Origin: Halobacteria archaeon
GTDB lineage: Archaea; Methanobacteriota_B; Thermococci; Methanofastidiosales; NM3
NCBI GenBank assembly: GCA_036733165.1
Contig: DAINBB010000002.1
Coordinates: forward strand, 8,223-72,222
Direction of reading: 5' to 3'
DNA: 64,000 nucleotides
This document shows positions 55,542-64,000 of the stretch, piece by piece. The notes under the pieces were generated by a model. It made no database searches, was not told the DNA's origin, and was given only the letters and a program-made list of their open reading frames with translations. Numbering within the stretch: the first letter of the stretch is position 1; each line of letters opens with the position of its first letter. The translations under genes were made by a program, and so were the position numbers.

Positions 55542-57131
55542 CTAGTTCAGCAATTCCTTCATGTCATGCTCAACATTCGTGTTAAGCTTGATTCCGAAGG
55601 CGTTTACAAGAACATTTAAGACATCCTCCGACAGGAACGCCGGGAGCCGCGGGCCGAGCATTATATTTTTTACGCCAAGATGCAGGAGAGACAGGAGGAC
55701 CAGAACCGCCTTTTGTTCGTACCATGCTATGTTGTATGAGATAGGTAGCAGATTTATGTCATTGAGACCCAGTGCCTCAGCAAGTTTCAGCGCGACGACC
55801 ACCAACGAGTAGGAATCGTTGCATTGCCCGGCATCGAGCACCCTGGGTATGCCCTCTATGTTCCCAAGGCCCAGCTTGTTGTACCTATACTTCGCGCATC
55901 CGGCGGTAAGTATGATCGTGTCTTTAGGAAGGGCCTTTGCAAACTCTGTGTAATATGACCTCTCCTTGTGTCTGCCGTCGCAACCGGCCATGACAACGAA
56001 TCTTTTGATCTTGCCATCCTTGACGGCCGTGAGGACCTTATCGGCAACGGAGAGGACAGCAGCATGGGCAAACCCCGTCCATATGGTGCCATCCTCCAAT
56101 TGCCTTGGGGGCTTGCTGTTCCTCGCAAGCTCTATGATCTTGCTGAAGTCCTTTGCCCCATCGACCGCGTCTATGTGTTCCACGCCCACATATCCAGCGG
56201 CGCCCGTTGTGAATATCCTATCCGAGTATGTCCCCTTCGGTCCTACAATGCAGTTGGTGGTCATGAGGATGGGTCCATTGAAACTTTCGAACTCCTCTCT
56301 CTGCCTGTGCCAGGGCCCGCCGTAGTTCCCGACAAGATTATCATATTTCTTGAAGGCGGGATAAGCGTTCGCAGGCATCATCTCGCCGTGGGTGTATATG
56401 TCTACTCCGGTTCCCCTAGTCTGTTCCAAAAGTTCGTGAAGGTCCTTGAGATCGTGCCCGCTGACAAGTATGCCCGGATTGCTCCTTGTGCCTATAAAAA
56501 CCTGCGTCGGCTCTGGGTTGCCGTATGTCTCCGTGTGCGCCCGATCAAGCAAGGACATTGCCTCAACGCCATGCCTCCCGCACTCAAGCGCCAACGATAT
56601 CAACTCATCCATGGAAAGGTTCCGCAACGTGGAATCAAGGGCGAGATAGATGAACTTCGCAATCGAGTCTTCATGATATCCCAACATTTCTGCGTGATAG
56701 GCATATGCCGCGAGTCCCTTGACGCCATAGGTGATCAATTCTATCAATGACCTGATGTTTTCGTCGCTTTCGGAAAGAACGCCCACATCAGTGGACATGA
56801 GCTCATCCAGGCTTAAGGTAGCGGCGTATGGGGGGTTGGGCCTTTCCAGACCCTTTGCTATAGAGTCCCTCAACTCCACCGTCTTGACAATTCTGGCCTT
56901 CAGACCCTCCGAATCAAAGTTGGTGTTGGTCAGGGTCGCAAAAAGGGATTCCATGACGAATGTGTCCATTTCCCTATTTTCATCAGAGTGCATGTTTCTG
57001 TAATGGGCCAGGCCCTTCAAAGCAAATATCAGCTTGTCCTGTATATCTGCCGTCTGCTCAGTCTTCCCACATGCACCAGTCTTGGTGCACCCCTCTCCAT
57101 TGAGTGCCTCTTCACATTGGTAGCAAAACAT
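55542..57131 (-). CDS. hcp: hybrid-cluster protein / hydroxylamine reductase
   Basis: N-terminal MFCYQCEE...CTKTGACGK cubane-cluster motif. 529 aa. Confidence 0.85.
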   Translation of the reverse strand: MFCYQCEEALNGEGCTKTGACGKTEQTADIQDKLIFALKGLAHYRNMHSDENREMDTFVMESLFATLTNTNFDSEGLKARIVKTVELRDSIAKGLERPNPPYAATLSLDELMSTDVGVLSESDENIRSLIELITYGVKGLAAYAYHAEMLGYHEDSIAKFIYLALDSTLRNLSMDELISLALECGRHGVEAMSLLDRAHTETYGNPEPTQVFIGTRSNPGILVSGHDLKDLHELLEQTRGTGVDIYTHGEMMPANAYPAFKKYDNLVGNYGGPWHRQREEFESFNGPILMTTNCIVGPKGTYSDRIFTTGAAGYVGVEHIDAVDGAKDFSKIIELARNSKPPRQLEDGTIWTGFAHAAVLSVADKVLTAVKDGKIKRFVVMAGCDGRHKERSYYTEFAKALPKDTIILTAGCAKYRYNKLGLGNIEGIPRVLDAGQCNDSYSLVVVALKLAEALGLNDINLLPISYNIAWYEQKAVLVLLSLLHLGVKNIMLGPRLPAFLSEDVLNVLVNAFGIKLNTNVEHDMKELLN

Positions 57132-57205
57132 GTTTTTCTATCTCCATGATATCTTTATTATACTTAGTATACTAACGATACCTTTAAATAATAGAAAGTA
57201 TCCAA

Positions 57206-57571
57206 ATGTATATCATGAAGGGATGCACGGTTTACAAGACCCTGTCCATAATCGGAAAGAAGTGGACACTTCTCATACTTCTGGAACTTTACAAGGGTAA
57301 AGATGAGGAAAAACAGTTCAATCATCTAAAAAAACACGTTGAAGGAATAACTCCAAAGGTATTATCAGAGAGATTGAGTGAACTGGAATTTGAAGGCCTG
57401 GTCAACAGACGGGTCGATGACGACCGAATCCCTGTTCGTTGCCTTTACTCCCTGACAGAAAGCGGCAAGGAGCTTATCAAGGTCCTTCAGGACATAAAGG
57501 GGTGGGGGCTTAAATGGAAGTTCGAAAACGACGAATGTATGACGACGCAGTGCAAGAGATGCGTCCTATAG
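57206..57571 (+). CDS. HxlR-family transcriptional regulator
   Basis: CTVYKTLSIIGKKWTLLILLEL winged-helix signature. Confidence 0.7.
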   Translation: MYIMKGCTVYKTLSIIGKKWTLLILLELYKGKDEEKQFNHLKKHVEGITPKVLSERLSELEFEGLVNRRVDDDRIPVRCLYSLTESGKELIKVLQDIKGWGLKWKFENDECMTTQCKRCVL

Positions 57572-57605
57572 GGGCATGGACAAGAACATATGGAAGTGAT
57601 AAACA

Positions 57606-58166
57606 TTGAAAGAGTACAATAGAGAGTATCCCATGTTCTCGTTGTGTGGACTTAACTGCGGACTCTGCCCACGCCACCATACAGAAGGGAGTTCAAGATG
57701 CCCCGGGTGCGGCGGAGAAGATTTCCATTTGAAACATCCCGCCTGCTCTGTCATTACATGCAACAGACATCATGATAATGTTGAATATTGTTTCCAATGT
57801 TCTTCTTTTCCCTGCGAAAGATATGAAAATGTGAGTAAATCGGATTCCTTTATCTCCTATCGGAACGTGTTGTCCGACTTTGAGAAGGCGAGGGGGGATG
57901 GAATAGAGAGATACAGGGCGGAATTAGCTGAAAAAATAGAGATTCTCGTGTTTCTGATCGACAATTATAATGACGGAAGAAGAAAATCCTTCTACTGCAA
58001 CGCCGTCAACATGTTGAGATTGGATGATGTCAGAGAAATAGTGTGTGAGATAAGAAAGAACGTCAGTGATCCGGGCATGGATATTAAACGCAAAACTGAA
58101 TATGTTGTCCTGTTGTTCGAGGCGAAAGCGAAGAAAAAGAACATTGAACTAAAACTGAGAAAATAG
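57606..58166 (+). CDS. DUF3795-like Cys-rich protein
   Basis: CGLNCGLCPRHH...CPGCGG and C-x2-C ... C-x2-C pattern. Confidence 0.45.
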   Translation: MKEYNREYPMFSLCGLNCGLCPRHHTEGSSRCPGCGGEDFHLKHPACSVITCNRHHDNVEYCFQCSSFPCERYENVSKSDSFISYRNVLSDFEKARGDGIERYRAELAEKIEILVFLIDNYNDGRRKSFYCNAVNMLRLDDVREIVCEIRKNVSDPGMDIKRKTEYVVLLFEAKAKKKNIELKLRK

Positions 58167-58170
58167 CTGT

Positions 58171-59841
58171 TCATTGCCGTAACGGCCTGGACATGTATGG
58201 CCCGTCCCTCTCGTAACCGTGCTTGCGGTAGTACTCCCTTACCCCGATGCCGGATATGATGGCCATCTTTTTCATGTCATAGTCCTCGATAGCTATCCTC
58301 TCCGCTTCCTTAAGCAGCTTGTTCCCATAACCCCTGTGCTGCCACCATGCCCCGTCCGACATGCCTATTGGCACCATGGGACCATAAACGTGAAGTTCCC
58401 TGATAAGGCCTGTCCTGTCCGTTATCTCTTTCCTGAACACATGCTGTCCCGGAGACCTCAGCCTAATGAATCCTATCAGGGCGTCGTTCTTGACGTCCTC
58501 AAAGCTGAGGAATTCCTCCGTGCCCCCCGATGCCTCATAGGCCCTTCTTATCAGCTCTACATCCTCTTCCCTGGGATCTATGCCATCCTTGTAGCATCTC
58601 TGTCCTATCTCCCTGCACCTGATGCACTTGCAGCTCTTTCCCCTCCTCTTCATCTCGTCCTCGACCATCTGCCCCATGTTGGACCTCATCACGCCGGCGG
58701 CGATCCTATTGGTGGGGATATCCCTCTGTATGCGCATGGTCCTTGCCCATTCCGGCATCAGGGACTTTGCCTTCACCAGCAGCTCCACAGTCTCCTCGGT
58801 GGTGTATGGAGTGTAGACTCCTTTCTTATAGTCATTATAGAGCTCCGTGTTCTCCAGGACGAGGCAGGTATAGAACTTGACCATATCGGGCCTGTACGAG
58901 GGATCTTCAAATATCCTCTCGAACGCCCTTAGGTCCCTCTCGGGGTCGGATCCCGGAAGGCCGGGCATCATGTGGTAGTTTATCTTGAAGGCCTGGTCCT
59001 TGAGGAAGGCCGTGGCCTCCTTCACGTCCTTTGTCGTGTGCCCCCGTTTCACCCTGGCGTATATATAATCGTAAACCGTCTGCACGCCGAGTTCCACCCT
59101 CGTTCCGCCGTATGATAGCATGCGGTCTATGTGGGGGGCCATGGCCCAGTCCGGTCTTGTCTCGAATGTCATGCCTATGCATCTGTTGTCCGCCGTCTCG
59201 TTGGCCTCCTGGGCCTGTTCAATCAGCAAGGGACGGCGCCCCAGAAGCGCGGCCGCCTCTTCGCTGCATGTCCCCCCCTCTGTCGGGAACAGGCAATCGT
59301 GCACATCATCCGAAGGCACGCCCCTGTCATGCAGATTCATCGCGCTGAGGCATTCCCTTACAAAGTATTCCTGATAATCGAGGTCCTGTGACGGAAAGGT
59401 CCCTCCCATAACTATGAGTTCTATCTTGTCGGTAGGATGTCCTACCGCCTGCAGTTGTTCTATCCTTCTGTACACCTGAAGAAATGGATGGAAGTTGTTC
59501 TGTATCGCGCGCATGGCCGCCGGTTCATGCCCTGTGTAGGACTGTGGAACGTCCTGTTCAGGGCCGCCAGGGCAATAGGTGCACTTGCCATGCGGGCAGG
59601 GAGCTGGGCGCGTCATGACGGCGATCACCGCCACGCCCGACATCGTTCTCATGGGTTTTCTCTGCAGGAAATGAAGGGCTTTCCCGATGTGGGAGATGAT
59701 GTCCGAGTTTGAGGGTATCCTGTCCAGTTCGTACTTCTTCGCGACCCTGACCTTCTCCCTTTGAAGGGAGTTCTTATCAACGATGACGCCCGTATCTATC
59801 AGGGAGGAAATCTCATCCAATGCGTCCTTGAGGCCGCCCAT
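58171..59841 (-). CDS. elp3: Elp3 homologue (radical SAM plus GNAT; tRNA wobble-uridine modification)
   Basis: SGVAVIAVMTRPAPCPHGKCTYCPGGPE radical-SAM segment and a C-terminal GNAT domain. 556 aa. Confidence 0.8.
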   Translation of the reverse strand: MGGLKDALDEISSLIDTGVIVDKNSLQREKVRVAKKYELDRIPSNSDIISHIGKALHFLQRKPMRTMSGVAVIAVMTRPAPCPHGKCTYCPGGPEQDVPQSYTGHEPAAMRAIQNNFHPFLQVYRRIEQLQAVGHPTDKIELIVMGGTFPSQDLDYQEYFVRECLSAMNLHDRGVPSDDVHDCLFPTEGGTCSEEAAALLGRRPLLIEQAQEANETADNRCIGMTFETRPDWAMAPHIDRMLSYGGTRVELGVQTVYDYIYARVKRGHTTKDVKEATAFLKDQAFKINYHMMPGLPGSDPERDLRAFERIFEDPSYRPDMVKFYTCLVLENTELYNDYKKGVYTPYTTEETVELLVKAKSLMPEWARTMRIQRDIPTNRIAAGVMRSNMGQMVEDEMKRRGKSCKCIRCREIGQRCYKDGIDPREEDVELIRRAYEASGGTEEFLSFEDVKNDALIGFIRLRSPGQHVFRKEITDRTGLIRELHVYGPMVPIGMSDGAWWQHRGYGNKLLKEAERIAIEDYDMKKMAIISGIGVREYYRKHGYERDGPYMSRPLRQ

Positions 59842-59845
59842 TGTC

Positions 59846-60592
59846 TCACGACCGGAGGGAAAGATAAGCGATCGCGTTGACTATAACGGAATATGGTATA
59901 AAGAACAATGCTACCATTGGCGCGATTATGAATGTGTATGCAGGGAAATAGCTCACTGAGAAATAGAGGGCCGCGCCAGTCGGCACGAACACTATGGCCA
60001 ACGGGACTATATACGCTATCATCGAATAGAGGGGATGTTTCAGGGTTGCTCTCATGCTGAGCATCACGTTCTTGCCTATCAGGCTTCCGTCCACTATGCT
60101 GGATGCTATCGTGTAGTTCCAGAGATATCCAAGAACAAAGGGTATCGCTATGTAATATTTTCCGTAAGTGGATGCGAGATAATATGCAATAAGCATGAGT
60201 ATCGCAAAGGGTATCAACGAAAAGGCGAATCCGTTCGCCCCCCTTCTTCCGCCGATATCGAAGGATATGTTCCCTCTCTTGAGTCCGTCGACTATCATTC
60301 CGGATATCGCACATATCGCATATAGCACAAAGATGACATATACGATAAAGCTGATGAGGAACAGGTTGTACCATATGCCCAGTATGTTCTCAAGGGTCTG
60401 GTAGGACGTTAGGGAGTAGTATTGTGATATGTCCCTTATCTCAAAGGCGGGCAGCGTTGTGAAATTGAATATCAAGGAGACACCTACGATGAAGATCGTG
60501 GGAATGAACATCGGGGAGAGTATCTTTAGGAAGCTTTCCATGTATACGTCCCATGACATTCCATATATCTGTGAGATCGTGGGTTTCTGCAA
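59846..60592 (-). CDS. hypothetical polytopic membrane protein
   Basis: 248 aa with about 6 TM helices. Confidence 0.4.
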   Translation of the reverse strand: MQKPTISQIYGMSWDVYMESFLKILSPMFIPTIFIVGVSLIFNFTTLPAFEIRDISQYYSLTSYQTLENILGIWYNLFLISFIVYVIFVLYAICAISGMIVDGLKRGNISFDIGGRRGANGFAFSLIPFAILMLIAYYLASTYGKYYIAIPFVLGYLWNYTIASSIVDGSLIGKNVMLSMRATLKHPLYSMIAYIVPLAIVFVPTGAALYFSVSYFPAYTFIIAPMVALFFIPYSVIVNAIAYLSLRS

Positions 60593-60680
60593 TATTTCCG
60601 CCTCATTATTAAATTAAAATATTAGTATATATGTATTTTTTCTTACAATATCTATTTAAATAACTTTTCGAGAGTATTTT

Positions 60681-61787
60681 TTGGTATTAATGAAAGTAAT
60701 CACTACCTTTTTGGGCATGATTTTGCTGGACGATGAAGGCAAGATAATCTCGACAATAGACTTCCCAAGGAATCCCGATGAAATATCAGAGGTACTCTTC
60801 CAGATCGACCAGGGCAATCTTCCGGGCCAGCTTGAAGCTCTTAGGACCATGGACATCTCGCATTGCGACAGTGCCAGCATTGCGGAGAATCTCGGATGCA
60901 GATTGATGTCTGTTGAGGATAGGGAATGGTTGATGAGTACATTGGATAAAAATAGCCTGATGGGGGGAGAAGGCATGGCAAAGCTAAAAAGGGATGCCGC
61001 CATGTCGCTCGTCAGGAAACAGATGAACATAGCCTCCTCGTCAAAGGACCTCTCCGTCTCACAGGCCATCAACGCCGTGGACGAACTGGACCAGACGATG
61101 AATCTCTTCACTGAGAGGTTGGTGGAGTGGTACGGTATACATTTCCCAGAGCTTGAGAGGATTGTGACAGACAACGTCAAGTACTGCGAGCTTATCGAGA
61201 GATACGGATTCAGAGAGGATATAGATGGGGACGATGAAATAACTAGGGCCGCAAAGGACAGTATCGGCGCACAGATGTCCTCCGAGGATATGGAGGAGAT
61301 AAGGAAGCTGGCACGGTCCGCACTGCAACTCGGCAAGATACGAGAGGAATACTCCAAATATATAGAGGAGAACGTTGCCATTTTGGCCCCGAACATGACA
61401 CAGCTCGTGGGGCCATTGATAACGGCTAGGCTCATATCATTGGCCGGCGGGCTTAGGAATCTGGCCCAGAAACCGGCATCCACCATCCAGATGCTGGGCG
61501 CGGAGAAGGCCTTGTTCAGACACCTCAAGACGGGGGCCAAGCCTCCAAAGCACGGTATCATATTCCAACACCCTGAGATACATAACGCCAAACCGTGGCA
61601 TCGGGGCAAGATAGCCAGGACGCTGGCGTCGGAACTTGCCATTGCGGCGAGGGTCGATTACAATTCCGGCGGGATGGTGGCCGAATCGCTTTCCAAGAAG
61701 ATCGAGGACAGGATCGTGGAAATCAAGGAGAAGTATCCATATCCTCCAAGGGCCAAATCAAGGAAGAAGGGGGGAAGGAAAAGATGA
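60681..61787 (+). CDS. nop5: C/D box sRNP protein Nop5 (Nop56/58)
   Basis: Nop domain LGAEKALFRHLKTGAKPPKHGIIFQHPEI, a coiled-coil middle, and a K/R-rich tail. Confidence 0.8.
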   Translation: MVLMKVITTFLGMILLDDEGKIISTIDFPRNPDEISEVLFQIDQGNLPGQLEALRTMDISHCDSASIAENLGCRLMSVEDREWLMSTLDKNSLMGGEGMAKLKRDAAMSLVRKQMNIASSSKDLSVSQAINAVDELDQTMNLFTERLVEWYGIHFPELERIVTDNVKYCELIERYGFREDIDGDDEITRAAKDSIGAQMSSEDMEEIRKLARSALQLGKIREEYSKYIEENVAILAPNMTQLVGPLITARLISLAGGLRNLAQKPASTIQMLGAEKALFRHLKTGAKPPKHGIIFQHPEIHNAKPWHRGKIARTLASELAIAARVDYNSGGMVAESLSKKIEDRIVEIKEKYPYPPRAKSRKKGGRKR

Positions 61788-62434
61788 AAGAGATCTTTCA
61801 CAATGTCTTCAGGGATGAGCAAGGCATCCTGACACGGAATCTCGTGAAGGGTGTCAGGGTGTACGGCGAGAAGCTTGTCGATCACCAGGGAGAGGAGTAC
61901 AGGGTGTGGAATCCCTACAGGTCGAAGCTGGCCTCTGCCATCATGTGCGGACTTGAGAGCTTGCCGATCGACCAGGACAGCAAGGTCCTGTATCTCGGTT
62001 CCGCAACCGGCACTACGGTGTCGCATGTGTCTGACATAGCAACAAGGGGCACCATCTATTGCGTTGAGTTCGCCCCGAGGTCCATGAGGGACTTCCTACC
62101 CCTTGCCGAGGCCAGGGACAACATCATCCCCATACTGGGAAACGCCAAGGACCCGCAGCAGTACGCGCCCTTGCTAGAGACCGTAGACCTCATATACCAG
62201 GATGTCGCGCAGGTGGAACAAGCTGAGATACTGCTCAGGAATCTCCCCTTCCTAAAGAGGGGCGGTTATGTGATGCTTTGCATCAAGGCCAGGAGCATCG
62301 ATGTCACCAAGGACCCCGAGAAGGTGTTCCGGCAGGAGATCTCAAAGCTCAGGGAAAGGGTGGATATAAGAGGCTCTATAGACATATCGAACTACGAGAA
62401 GGACCATTCATTTGTCGTGGGGGTCAAAACCTAG
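61784..62434 (+). CDS. flpA: fibrillarin (rRNA/tRNA 2'-O-methyltransferase)
   Basis: VLYLGSATGTTVSHVSDI SAM motif. 4 nt ATGA overlap with nop5, the conserved archaeal gene pair. Confidence 0.85.
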   Translation: MKEIFHNVFRDEQGILTRNLVKGVRVYGEKLVDHQGEEYRVWNPYRSKLASAIMCGLESLPIDQDSKVLYLGSATGTTVSHVSDIATRGTIYCVEFAPRSMRDFLPLAEARDNIIPILGNAKDPQQYAPLLETVDLIYQDVAQVEQAEILLRNLPFLKRGGYVMLCIKARSIDVTKDPEKVFRQEISKLRERVDIRGSIDISNYEKDHSFVVGVKT

Positions 62435-62522
62435 TATGGTTTCCCTTAATCATGTTCAGAAGGCCTCATGTTCTTCCATCGGTCGTCCGCGTTATAAAAA
62501 CGAGAATGGCAAAAGGTGAACA

Positions 62523-63524
62523 TTGCATATGGATAGCATATCACTGACTATCGTGGCATTGTCCATAATCGTGCTTCTCTATCTTTCAGCTTGGTTTTCA
62601 AGGGCCGAGACGGCGCTTACCCTCACAACATCGGCACAAATAGCGTCGATGTCGGAGGCGGGGATAAACGTGTCCCATCTGATCTATGTTAAAAAAGATC
62701 TCAACAGGGCGATTGTCGCCATCCTGATAGGCAACAACGTGGTCAATGTGATGCTGTCCGCACTTACGGCGTTGGTGGCAAACGCGTTCTTTAGAGTATG
62801 GGGCGTGACCGTGGCTGTTGGAATTCTCACCTTTGTGTTGATAGTCTTCGGTGAGATAACACCAAAATCCCATGCTGTGATGTCCCATGAGCGCGTGGCG
62901 GTGAAGAACTCCCACAAGCTATATGTCCTGCTCCGTGTTCTTGGGCCGGTGATATCCTTTCTAATGATGTTGTCGGACTATGTTCTCCGCGCAGCCGGTG
63001 AAAGGGTGGAAAGAAACCGCATGTTGTTCTCCGATGACGCCATAAAGGACCTGGCCACCCTCGGTGAACAGGAAGGTGCCATCAAACCTATCGAAAAAGA
63101 CATCATTCACAATGTCTTCTCCTTTGGCGACCTGAAGATCCGTGACATCATGTTGCCGATAGAGAAGGTTGTCACTGTGAAGGACAATACAGATATCGAA
63201 AAGGCCAAACAGGCCGTTATCGACCACGGTTACACAAGGATCCCCGTTGAGGATGTAAGTGGTGACATAATAGGCGTCATGTACAGCAAGGACATACTCG
63301 CTGCAGTGGAAGGGGCCGCCAGGGAATGGATGCGCGAACCGTTCTACATCCCCGAATCGGAAGACATCACGACGGTCTTTGATCAGATGAAAAGGGACAG
63401 GGTCCATATAGGCATCGTACGCGACAAAGACTTTCGCGTCATCGGGATTGTAACGCTGGAAGACATAATCGAGGAACTGGTCGGCAGCATACGCGACGAG
63501 TTCTATGAACAGCACAAAGGATAA
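62523..63524 (+). CDS. CNNM/CorC-type protein (DUF21 transmembrane domain plus tandem CBS domains)
   Basis: N-terminal 4 TM helices, then a CBS pair. Confidence 0.65.
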   Translation: MHMDSISLTIVALSIIVLLYLSAWFSRAETALTLTTSAQIASMSEAGINVSHLIYVKKDLNRAIVAILIGNNVVNVMLSALTALVANAFFRVWGVTVAVGILTFVLIVFGEITPKSHAVMSHERVAVKNSHKLYVLLRVLGPVISFLMMLSDYVLRAAGERVERNRMLFSDDAIKDLATLGEQEGAIKPIEKDIIHNVFSFGDLKIRDIMLPIEKVVTVKDNTDIEKAKQAVIDHGYTRIPVEDVSGDIIGVMYSKDILAAVEGAAREWMREPFYIPESEDITTVFDQMKRDRVHIGIVRDKDFRVIGIVTLEDIIEELVGSIRDEFYEQHKG

Positions 63525-63762
63525 GGCATGTCTATGGATCATCTATGATGTCAGGTGTACTTTCCACGCCCGAAACCCAAAACGCTATCGCAATGAGGAC
63601 AATAGTACATGACCTCCTGTTTTAGTAGCCCCGCGCCCTTCGTTTTTATAAGTATGTTATCAAGATCCAGCTCTCCCTTGCAGAATGGACAGACCGGCAT
63701 GTGGATACTATGTCATTCCACTATATATAATGCCCCTTTACCACATTGAACAGCCCATACTA

Positions 63763-64000
63763 TCAAAGATCCAATTTCAACTGCCTGAACCTTCCCACGG
63801 TCTTCCATGACCTCCTAACAAAGAAGGGCATTTCCTCGCCGCTCTCGTCAATGAACTCGAGAAACCTGCAGGTGGCCGGGTCGCTGGGATAACCGCTGCC
63901 GATGCTGACGCCCCATCTCTCCTGTGAGAGCTCATCGAGATGAGAGATCGCGGAATCCCGGTTCACCTTTGCGACTATGGATGCCGCGGAAACGCAGGGA
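63763..64000 (-). CDS. rnhB: ribonuclease HII (3' portion only; the gene starts beyond the window end)
   Basis: C-terminal ...GSGYPSDPATCRFL... motif typical of RNase HII. The minus-strand frame is open to base 64000. Confidence 0.55.
   Translation of the reverse strand, partial: PCVSAASIVAKVNRDSAISHLDELSQERWGVSIGSGYPSDPATCRFLEFIDESGEEMPFFVRRSWKTVGRFRQLKLDL

Noticed and set aside
1-64000. Search for CRISPR arrays, IS elements, transposases or integrases
   Set aside because: I saw no regularly spaced direct repeats of 24-40 bp, and no ORF with recognisable DDE transposase, tyrosine/serine recombinase or Cas motifs. The only repeat families seen are the 30 bp tandem duplication inside the surface-protein gene and the 18 nt motif around 30.5/31.25 kb.

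Overview
This 64 kb window is an archaeal chromosomal segment, probably euryarchaeal. Overall GC is about 50%, with a 7 kb lower-GC block at roughly 28.1-35.2 kb. Coding density is high and Shine-Dalgarno sites are of the GGTGA type. Archaeal markers include Nop5 with an overlapping fibrillarin gene, Elp3, primase large subunit PriL, a class I CCA-adding enzyme, Trm1, archaeal TrpRS, Sec11-type signal peptidase, TET/M42 peptidases and myo-inositol-1-phosphate synthase. I call about 70 CDS and two tRNAs: tRNA-Lys(CTT), and tRNA-His(GTG) with encoded G-1 and CCA. I found no CRISPR array, transposase or integrase. Most of the window is housekeeping (translation and tRNA maturation, nucleotide and sugar metabolism, lipid head-group synthesis). 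The items most worth a second look follow. (1) A membrane redox module at 35.5-39.0 kb: DUF116, a secreted thioredoxin-like protein, and a NapH/MauN-like polytopic ferredoxin fused to three thioredoxin-fold domains. A NapH-like paralogue sits at 53.7-55.2 kb next to hybrid-cluster protein, cupin and HxlR genes. (2) A radical-SAM DNA modification/repair protein and a possible partner, directly downstream of two tRNA genes. (3) A surface-protein gene split by a frameshift in a C5 homopolymer, next to a 30 bp tandem repeat that encodes an S/T/P linker. (4) An L13e-like ribosomal protein fused to a KE-rich linker and a helix-hairpin-helix domain. (5) Three translationally coupled M42/TET aminopeptidase paralogues. 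(6) A 1245 aa receiver-8xPAS-histidine kinase hybrid. (7) Three copies of an 18 nt motif flanking a coiled-coil winged-HTH gene and overlapping the 3' end of rpiA, inside the low-GC block. Every functional call is from motif recognition by eye in the translated ORFs. No database search was run.
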